Shown piece by piece: positions 37,300-45,307 of a DNA stretch of 45,307 nt. Source of the stretch: Octopus bimaculoides. Its lineage: Eukaryota. The translations under genes were made by a program, and so were the position numbers. The stretch is taken from positions 77,398,051 to 77,443,357 of the forward strand of contig NC_068984.1 in assembly GCF_001194135.2 (NCBI RefSeq). Direction: 5' to 3'. Numbering within the stretch: the first letter of the stretch is position 1; the number at the start of each line of letters is the position of its first letter. Below the pieces are notes generated by a model that was not told the DNA's origin, made no database searches, and saw only the letters and a list, made by a program, of their open reading frames with translations.

Positions 37300-37680
37300 A
37301 ACAACGTGCGCGAACGCAAGCATCAGCTCGCAGCCTCCTATCTCATAGCTACCTGTCGCATGCGCTGGTATGGACATGTCTTCCAACACCCGCTAGATCA
37401 TCCTACCAGGGCTTTTTTCTCATTCGTTACAGCAGCTGCAGGCTTGACGAGGCCTCGTGGTAGGCCTCGCACTAGAAGACTGAATGTGATTGGGGAAGAT
37501 CTCCAGAAGCTCGACGTCCCCTTGGAGGATCCAGAGGGGTTGGCACGGAACCGCTAGCGATGAAGGGCACTGGTGGACTTTGTCGGCTCTACACACGATG
37601 ACGCCTCTGGGACTACTAACCTGAGATGACCCCAGCCCCATTAAGCAGGAACATAAAGCCAAGAAGCAAGTCAACAGTCT
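37300..37680 (+). mobile_element. RTE-like LINE 3' fragment
   Basis: RMRWYGHVFQHP...RPRGRPRTRRLNVIGEDL...LARNR*RWRALV, typical of the RTE C-terminus. Confidence 0.72.
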
Positions 37681-39756
37681 CAGTAGTATTCATGTAATTC
37701 TTAATCAATAGGTTCACAACTGGTAATATTTTTTTCTATCAAAGACAGTGGATTAGCATAATCGTTAGGGCATCACATGAAATACTTTGCGGTATTTATT
37801 TAAAATCCTTTCCGTTCTCAGTCCAAATTCAGTTGCGACAATTGTGTCCTTCATCATACTTAGAGTTGATAAAAAAAAAGGTATCAGTTAAATATCGGGG
37901 TTAATTTAATCAACTATACACTTTAAAGAAAAGTATGGGATTGTGCCAATGTTAGTAATCAATATATTTACCGTCACCACACATATATCAATTCAGCTAC
38001 TGAACAGAACTCTAATCAAAGGCGTTTTATTTGTAACTACCTCGTATTTTTCTAAGTTAGAATATGTATGAAAACATGTGTCAATGTACCCTTTTTTAAG
38101 GTATCAGAGTTATGATTTGAGGGAGATTTTATTATAATTTTAACAGACTGAGAGAGCCCGAAGAAATTCCCTCGTTGAGTTGGTTCTTCTTTTACCTCGA
38201 TCCACCTCATGGTTAACGGTTGAGGGTTACAAGTTCCTTATAGGAAAGGTTTTGATTGTTGCACATTGAGGTAGAAACAGGATTTAGTCATATCTGGGCC
38301 CAGTTAGTAATTGGATTGAGGTGACCGAATCGTCAAGTGCTGGTTACTAAATACCGAGGCTTCCACCTTCTACAAGTCTATAAGAGGAGCTGAATGTTGC
38401 ACTCACAGTGTTGCCTTCATAATGATAGTGCCACTATAAGGTTATAGCCTAACGAACTGTTAAAAATAGCAGCCAAATCTCGCGCTAAATCTGAACCTAC
38501 TGTTTTAATTAATGCAGTCAACAAAAAAGACAGAATGCTCACAAATGGGAAGCCTTTGGTCAACTCAATTAGGGTAGACTTGGGAATAAACAGCAATGAT
38601 AACAGGTCGATCTAACAGCAAAAACAAAAACAATTAATAATTTCAACCTCCAAGACTACAAAACAATAGCAGAATTGTGTTTTGTAGAGGATTCCGAGGA
38701 AAAAAAGCCTTAAAACTTCAATATTCAAAATAGACGACCAATCTGTTGCTTACGTCGCAACAAAACCGATCTAAACGCTTTCTGCAAAGAAGCCCGAAAG
38801 AACGAAAGCAACAGCAAGAAATCATGGAAGTTGCCGGTTTTACGGCGACAACTCATGAGTGGAAAATGAAACTGTTCTATCCTCATTACCAGGAGATTAT
38901 TTCCATCAACCAGTACCAGAAATTCAAGGAGAATCAACCACAGTAACAACAGTGATACGATATCACCAACAAGCATACACTCTCAGCAGCACTGGCCCAT
39001 CCACATATGAGAATGAGAATCAAATACAGATTACTGGAGAAAAGCAAACTTCCGAAAATAATTGAAAAAAGACTCAACCGAAAACAGTACGAGGTTGGAT
39101 ACACTTCCTGCAAAAAAATTATTTTCACCGAAGAAAAATCTTTATTTTATGAAGGAGAATCGATGACGTATGAGGATGAACTAGAGCCCAACTTGAACGA
39201 AATGAAATTCACTACCATTCACAAGAAAAACCAGACTCCGAATAAAACACTTATATATAGGCAAACAATATCCAAGCAAAGTATTGATGCAAATGGGACA
39301 ACATTTTAAAAACAGTATATAAACGACAGAATAGCAGTTCAAATCTAGGATTTTATTAAATATCATATTTCAACAAACAAACCGACGTGCTCCCTCACCT
39401 GTACCTTCTTTTCAGAAGATTCCAGAATTTCCAACTCTGAAATATACCATGGTCCTGCACTCTGCAGGGATTACCAGAGAAGTAAGATGCACTGATCAAC
39501 GTAACTGGAGATTTGAATTTTATATAAATTCCTTGTTTTGATTACTGTGTATTTTATCATCCTTTTTTTTTTTTTATTTCCGTGTAAATGTTTGTGCTTA
39601 TAAACTTTTATTTCGTCCAGTTATATATTATAAAATATTTTTCAACTTTACCCTCGTATTTGTAAATCTTCGTTCCATCCCACGCGCCTTGTTCAGTGTT
39701 ACCATCTATTTATCTTTATCACTTTGAAAGCTGGTAGCAAATAATCCGTTCCGCTA

Positions 39757-39922
39757 TAGGCGCAAGGTTTGAAATTTTGGGATAGGAGCTAGTTGATTGG
39801 CACTTATTTTATCAACTCCTAACAGGATGAAGAGCAAATTCTTTGAACTTAGAATGTAAAGACGGATGAAATGCTGCTAAGCATTCTGTCCGGCGCGCTA
39901 ACGATTCTGCTAGCTCACCACC
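39757..39922 (-). mobile_element. SINE family B, decayed
   Basis: Reverse complement of the ggtggtgagctagcagaatcgttagcgcgccgg head. Confidence 0.75.
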
Positions 39923-39949
39923 TAGAAAATGATAAAAAGATTATTATTA

Positions 39950-39984
<35 letters not shown>

Positions 39985-39987
39985 TTA

Positions 39988-40582
39988 TGTTTGACTTTTG
40001 TATTGCATTTGTACAAGTTGGATCCAAGTCTCACCCAGAGACCTCAAATGACAAGTTAGAAGTTCATGTAGGTGTTATGCCTAGGGTACCATATATTTGG
40101 ATTTGTACAGTGTTGTTCTAGAGAATGTTTAAGTAACCATAAGAAAATTATGTGTTGTTTTAAAATTTGAGATCACATAGACAGTATTTTACGTAGGATA
40201 TGGGCAGTTCCCATGAGCACTATCTTTTGAACTTCAGCCATTTTGGGGTTTCCTGGTATCTGAGCTAGGTAGTAATCAGCCCGTTTCGCTGTCATTCCCA
40301 GGTCACCTATGACAATAGGTATTGTTTTCGTCTTCAGATTCTACATTTTGCTAATTTCTATTTCAAGATCTTTATATTTGCTCAGTTTTTGGTAGATCTT
40401 GACAGATACGTTTATATCGATTGGGACAGTCATATCAATGAGGAGGCATGATTTTGTCTGAAGTCTTTCAGTATGATGTCTGGCCTATTTGCATCTATCT
40501 TTCTGTCAGTTTGAATGGTGAAGTTCCAGAGGAGTGCGATGTGATCATTTTCAAGTACTGGGGGTAGTTTGTGTTCCCACCA
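39988..40582 (-). mobile_element. 5'-truncated R4/Dong-like LINE 3' end with a (TAA)n tail
   Basis: WWEHKLPPVLENDHIALLWNFTIQTDRKIDANRPDII, then TIPIVIGDLGM...LMGTAHILRKILSM*. A ~180-bp 3' UTR follows, then (TAA)n at 39946-39985. Confidence 0.85.
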
Positions 40583-41157
40583 GTTTTCATCATTATTGAG
40601 TGAGAGAACAGTGCATGTGATCAAAGTGACGCTAGGATAAAAATATATGATGCGCAATATATCCATCATGCGCTGGATATATTGCGCTGATAAGGGTACA
40701 CCAAACACATGCATTACAACCATATGTGCGCGACATGCAGATCATATATCAAATTAAACAGCATATGACCTTGCAGGTGGGGCCCAGTTAAAATTTTCTT
40801 CGGGTCGAATAGCCCGTCCCACTCAAAAGGTTCTTGATTAAGGGTTTCTTTAAGGATGTTGAACGAAACACCCATGTTTCCAGAGGCGTATTTTTCAAAC
40901 CCAAATGAATTTCTCTCAACGCATGTCTATGATTCTCCTCTCATTACTTCTGCACGTGATCGGAGATACATTTATCGTCAGCCACCAAGGGACAGGCTCA
41001 ACTGGTTAAGGTCAAACGACTGTGAAGCAAATCTGTGGTATTAAGCAGAATATTTGCTGTAGCCCATCTTTTTATACTAAGACAAAGCATGTACATGATA
41101 GCACTTCCAGTCAGTTAAGATCACAAGCCATCAGAGCCAGTGCCTGGTTTTGCATTC
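40583..41157 (-). mobile_element. Non-coding retroposon (SINE or LINE 3' UTR) ending in ctctctcactcaataatg
   Basis: No coding signature. It lies between a (TAA)n(GAA)n array and the R4-like fragment and has a TAA-type 3' end. I recognise it from memory as a common octopus repeat, which is unverified. Confidence 0.5.
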
Positions 41158-41183
41158 TTCTTTTTCTTCTTCTTCTTCTTCTT

Positions 41184-41277
<94 letters not shown>
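41157..41277. repeat. Compound (TTC)n-(TTA)n microsatellite running into a gap
   Basis: Sharp TTC-to-TTA switch near 41212. Confidence 0.97.
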
Positions 41278-41619
41278 NNNNNNNNNNNNNNNNNNNNNNN
41301 NNNNNNNNNNNNNNNNNNNNNNNNNNNNNNNNNNNNNNNNNNNNNNNNNNNNNNNNNNNNNNNNNNNNNNNNNNNNNNNNNNNNNNNNNNNNNNNNNNNN
41401 NNNNNNNNNNNNNNNNNNNNNNNNNNNNNNNNNNNNNNNNNNNNNNNNNNNNNNNNNNNNNNNNNNNNNNNNNNNNNNNNNNNNNNNNNNNNNNNNNNNN
41501 NNNNNNNNNNNNNNNNNNNNNNNNNNNNNNNNNNNNNNNNNNNNNNNNNNNNNNNNNNNNNNNNNNNNNNNNNNNNNNNNNNNNNNNNNNNNNNNNNNNN
41601 NNNNNNNNNNNNNNNNNNN

Positions 41620-41730
41620 ACCGTTCATCCTTTCGGGGTCGATAAATTAAGTACCTGTAAAACACTGGGGTCGATATAATCGACTTATCCCCTCCCCCAA
41701 AAAGTCTGCCCTTGTGGAAAAATGCGAAAC

Positions 41731-41732
<2 letters not shown>
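41620..41732 (+). mobile_element. SINE family B, 3' part (5' part in the gap)
   Basis: ttcatcctttcggggtcgataaattaagtacc...ctggggtcgatataatcgacttatcccctccccc. Confidence 0.8.
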
Positions 41733-41784
<52 letters not shown>

Positions 41785-41971
41785 CACGTCATCATTTATC
41801 GGAATCGTTAGAGCGTCTTTTACATCCTTAGCTCAGTTCCCGCAGTAGAACTTTGCCGTTTATCTTTTCAGCTGGGATATAATAGAATTTACTAGGGACG
41901 GTAGCATTAACGAATCCCCTGCCCTCAAAACTGTCCGCCTTATATTTAATTTTCCATTTATTTACTTGCAG

Positions 41972-42110
41972 GAAACTGGCCAAATTTACAGTAATGTTGG
42001 TACCGTTATTTGGAGTACCTAACATTCTATTTATATTGATACCAGCTGACTTGAAAACAGCAGTTGATGTCCCATACATGTATATATCGATGACATACAG
42101 TTCCTTTCAG
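41972..42110 (+). CDS. Internal coding exon of a secretin-family (class B) GPCR: TM6-ECL3-TM7, probably PTH/secretin-receptor-like
   Basis: Acceptor ttttccatttatttacttgcAG (41970-41971) and donor cag|GTATGT (42111). The 139 nt are 1 nt plus 46 codons: (x)KLAKFTVMLVPLFGVPNILFILIPADLKTAVDVPYMYISMTYSSFQ. This matches class B TM6 (K/R)LAKSTLxLxPLFG and TM7 SFQ|G, with the usual phase-2 upstream and phase-0 downstream introns. Confidence 0.9.
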
Positions 42111-42361
42111 GTATGTAGTATATTGATTTTTTTTTTTGCTCTTATTCGAATAATTTCAATTCTTTGTTTTTCTTTTCTTATATCTTAAATTCTCTGAGTG
42201 GGAGATTTTGTCTACTAACTGCTTGGATAATGTCATCTGATCAATGGGTACTTTCCTATTATCGACAGTCATTTTTTTATTTACTAAAATATTATTAAAT
42301 AAGCTGTTATACTCGCGAGACGGATCTAACTGCTGATCAATGATCTTTCGGAATAGCTATT

Positions 42362-43260
42362 CATCACGGAGAAAAGTAACTACATCACGGAGAAAAGTAA
42401 CTCAACATATGTTGTTTCGTGTTACGCCTTTTTCGACTTCACGCGGTTTTTTTTTTTTGGGTTTTTTTTATAAATTTCAATCAATTTATCCGACTTTACG
42501 TTGGTCTCTGTAATCATGTTTAAAAGCATAGAATTTAGGGGTAAAAAATCCTAAAAAACAGAACTGAAGTGGAAAATCTAATAAAATACGTGAAAATATG
42601 AGCACACCATTTATTAGAACCGATATAAACTAATGAATTTTTTAATGATTTTTCGTGTTACTTCGCTTTTTGAGTCGCATGTTTTGGAAACAATTACCAA
42701 CATATGTAGAAGTATACTTGTATCTGTAAAAATTTATATCGGAAAAGGGCACAGAATTTGAGGGCAATTTTTTTTTTTTAAATAGATAAAATTTCTTTCA
42801 CCGATGCATGCATCTGTAAAAGTTTATATCAGAAAAGGGCACAGAATCTGAGAGCAAAATTGTGAAAGAAAAAGAAATGAAGAAAATTTCTTCTACCAGT
42901 GCCTGTATCTGTAAAAATTTATATCGGAAAAAGGCATCTGAGGGCAAAATTGTAAAAAAAAATTGGACGAAATTTCTTCCTCAGAAGGAAGCAATCATCC
43001 AATTCCTTGCCCTTTTTTCTCTCTCTATGCCTTTTTCTCTCTTTTTATGCACTTTTTTTTCTCTCTCTATTCTGATAGTCCGCCGATCAACTATTACACC
43101 TGTCTCACGAATTTTAAGTTTCATTACTAATCCTTTAGTATATTAAAAAAATTGGCTGCTGATAAAAGGGAGGTACCGATCAAAATTTTTCAACCCTCTA
43201 TATGTGAGACCCTATCGCACATCTATTTTCTATGCACCTCGTTCCCTTGATATATATTCG
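42362..43260. repeat. Unclassified interspersed repeat with internal 21-bp and ~90-bp direct repeats
   Basis: catcacggagaaaagtaact x2 (42362 and 42383). The unit (g/c)atctgtaaaa(a/g)tttatatc(g/a)gaaaa(g/a)ggca...gag(g/a)gcaa occurs three times (~42720, ~42810, ~42905). Confidence 0.55.
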
Positions 43261-43605
43261 TTCGGACTTATTAAATTCTAATATTGGCAAATGTAGTGAA
43301 ATATACAGTAATGATTCGATCGATCCCGATATAAATCTGATATATTTTAAAACTAACTTCACAATGATGAAGCCACATTTAACCCAAGGTGATTAGAGTT
43401 CATAATGTAAATAGAATTTGCTAAAAACAACAAAAAATTAGTGGAATACATCACGACGTTTAATCATGCATTCATTCCGTTTTCTAAGCCAAGAATTTTC
43501 TTGTAATAAATTTTAGTCAGCAGTGATGGGTGGATGATCGCCTTCTTGCTTTGTATCAAGCAACAGTCTCTCACCTACTCACCCCACTTTCTCTCTGACC
43601 CTCTC

Positions 43606-43638
<33 letters not shown>

Positions 43639-44204
43639 GGAGGCACTACTTATTTGTTACATTTCTATATGTAAGTTCCCCAGACTTTCTTTATCAGTTT
43701 TCGTGCATGAAGAGTTTTGTCTGGATGTGTACATACAGGCTTATAGAAACAAGTAAGCATATATGTGGGTGGGTGTGAGAGCATATGTATATACACGCAT
43801 ATATTCATACACGTACACACAACACACACACGCATGTGTGCGTTTGTGTATGTGTGTGTCTGTGTGTGCGTGTGTTCGTGTGTATGTGTTCATAAACATA
43901 TGTGTTTGTAATATAAGATTATTGATCTGAGCGTATATAGAAAGAGATCGTGCAAGTTATTTTTCAATATAACCGCATATCATAACTAGACAAGAATTTC
44001 ACGAAAAAATTATTTGATCAAGAGTTAGAGACTTTTCGTTGTCTTATTAGTGACGTACCATCATCTGTCCGCCTCCACGCTAATGTACATCTCCTATTAG
44101 TTTCACGTGATCGATAAGACCATAGGCTGTTATGAAAGCTCAGTGGAACAATCGGTTAATTCATCTATTAAACACTTGATAAATTAATACATTAAATAAT
44201 AATA

Positions 44205-44419
44205 ATGGTTTTAAAATTTGACACGGGGGCAGCAATTTCGGGGAAGGGGTAAGTCGATTATATCGATCCCAGTATTCACCTGGTACTAATTTTATCGACT
44301 CCGAAATGATGAAAGGCAAAGTCAACTTTGGCGAAATTCGAACTCAGAACGTAAAGACGGGAGAAATGCCGCTAAGTATTTTGCCCGGCATGCTAACGGT
44401 TCTGTCAGCTCACCGCCGT
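44205..44419 (-). mobile_element. SINE family B
   Basis: Reverse complement of a complete head-core-tail unit. Confidence 0.83.
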
Positions 44420-44571
44420 AAGTTAAATGATAATAATAAGAGCGAAATATATCCTGTGCTTGTATTTTTATTGGCCAAATGACCCTTCTACAATGCTCCA
44501 CAACACAAACGCATACACAAAACGCATGCGCGAATACATGACTATATATTACTATTTTTGTTCCATTCTTT

Positions 44572-44980
44572 GGACTCTGACCATGCTGGGGCACTGAGTT
44601 AATGGGTTTAGTCGAATAAATCGCTTCCAGTACTAATTTATCTAAACCTGAGACTTATTTTCTTTTACCGAACTGCTAAGTTACGGGGACGTAAACAAAC
44701 TTTGGTGGTGTACAAACACAAAGCAAACACGAAGACACAAACATACACACACACATGTGTGTGCGCGTGTGCGTGTATGTGTACATATATATATANNNNN
44801 NNNNNNNNNNNNNNNNNNNNNNNNNNNNNNNNNNNNNNNNNNNNNNNNNNNNNNNNNNNNNNNNNNNNNNNNNNNNNNNNNNNNNNNNNNNNNNNCCGAG
44901 GTTATAATAGAAGACCCTTACCCAAGGTGCCAAGCAACATGATCGGAAAGCAAGCTTTTTAATCTCGCATCCACGCCTGT
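44572..44980 (-). mobile_element. SINE family A, decayed, with an N-gap in its internal microsatellite
   Basis: Tail ccatgctggggcact...gttacggggacgtaaac; head cttacccaaggtgcc...gcatccacgcctg. Confidence 0.75.
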
Positions 44981-45307
44981 ACATAATACCGAGTGCCCAA
45001 TATATGAATATAGAGTTTAATATATATGGATATATCAAAATTCAAATCATTGCAAGGTAAGCTTTGATCTTTTGAAAATATTTGTAGCTATGGATGAAAA
45101 GTTTTGAATATATAAAATTCGACATCGATGCATATTCGATAGTTGACAAATATAAAACTTAACTATAGTTACAATGTTTTGAAATTTTCAATAAAAATAA
45201 TTTGACAGCAACAAGATCTAACAAACTAAATTTTGCTCGATAATGACATTGCACCGAATATATCTGATCTACTTGCATCTGTATCGTCTTAATTTACCAA
45301 AAAATTA

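Noticed and set aside
38325-38390. RQVLVTKYRG...YKR resembling the class B TM5/ICL3 RVLVTKLR
   Set aside because: There is a stop three codons upstream, no acceptor, and no GT after the AG.
41022-41679. Poly-L/I/R/S/Y/F ORFs
   Set aside because: Translation of the (TTC)n(TTA)n array plus a gap.

Overview
Eukaryotic, AT-rich, repeat-saturated DNA from a short-read draft assembly. It has 13 N-gaps, most of them next to microsatellites. The SINE families and extreme (TA/TG/TATG)n density point to an octopus-type cephalopod, which is an inference I cannot verify. I can support only one host exon: 41972-42110 (+), encoding TM6-ECL3-TM7 of a secretin-family (class B) GPCR, with canonical AG/GT sites and the family's typical intron phases. 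The rest looks like intron of that gene. It contains about 30 copies of three tRNA-derived SINE families, two internally deleted DD37D (maT) Tc1/mariner copies, a mariner made of two inverted 5' halves nested in one of them, and fragments of RTE and RLE-type (R4/Dong-like) LINEs. It also has a Helitron-like element and a ~970-bp non-autonomous DNA transposon with ~300-bp TIRs, an 8-bp TSD and an internal telomere-like (TAACCC)n tract. The most unusual items are the telomeric-repeat transposon, the double-left-end mariner inside a duplicated-flank composite, a perfect 78-bp-arm palindrome, and many inverted repeats able to form dsRNA in the GPCR pre-mRNA. I found no prokaryote-type system such as CRISPR or an operon. 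Repeat boundaries are approximate unless a TSD or TIR is cited.
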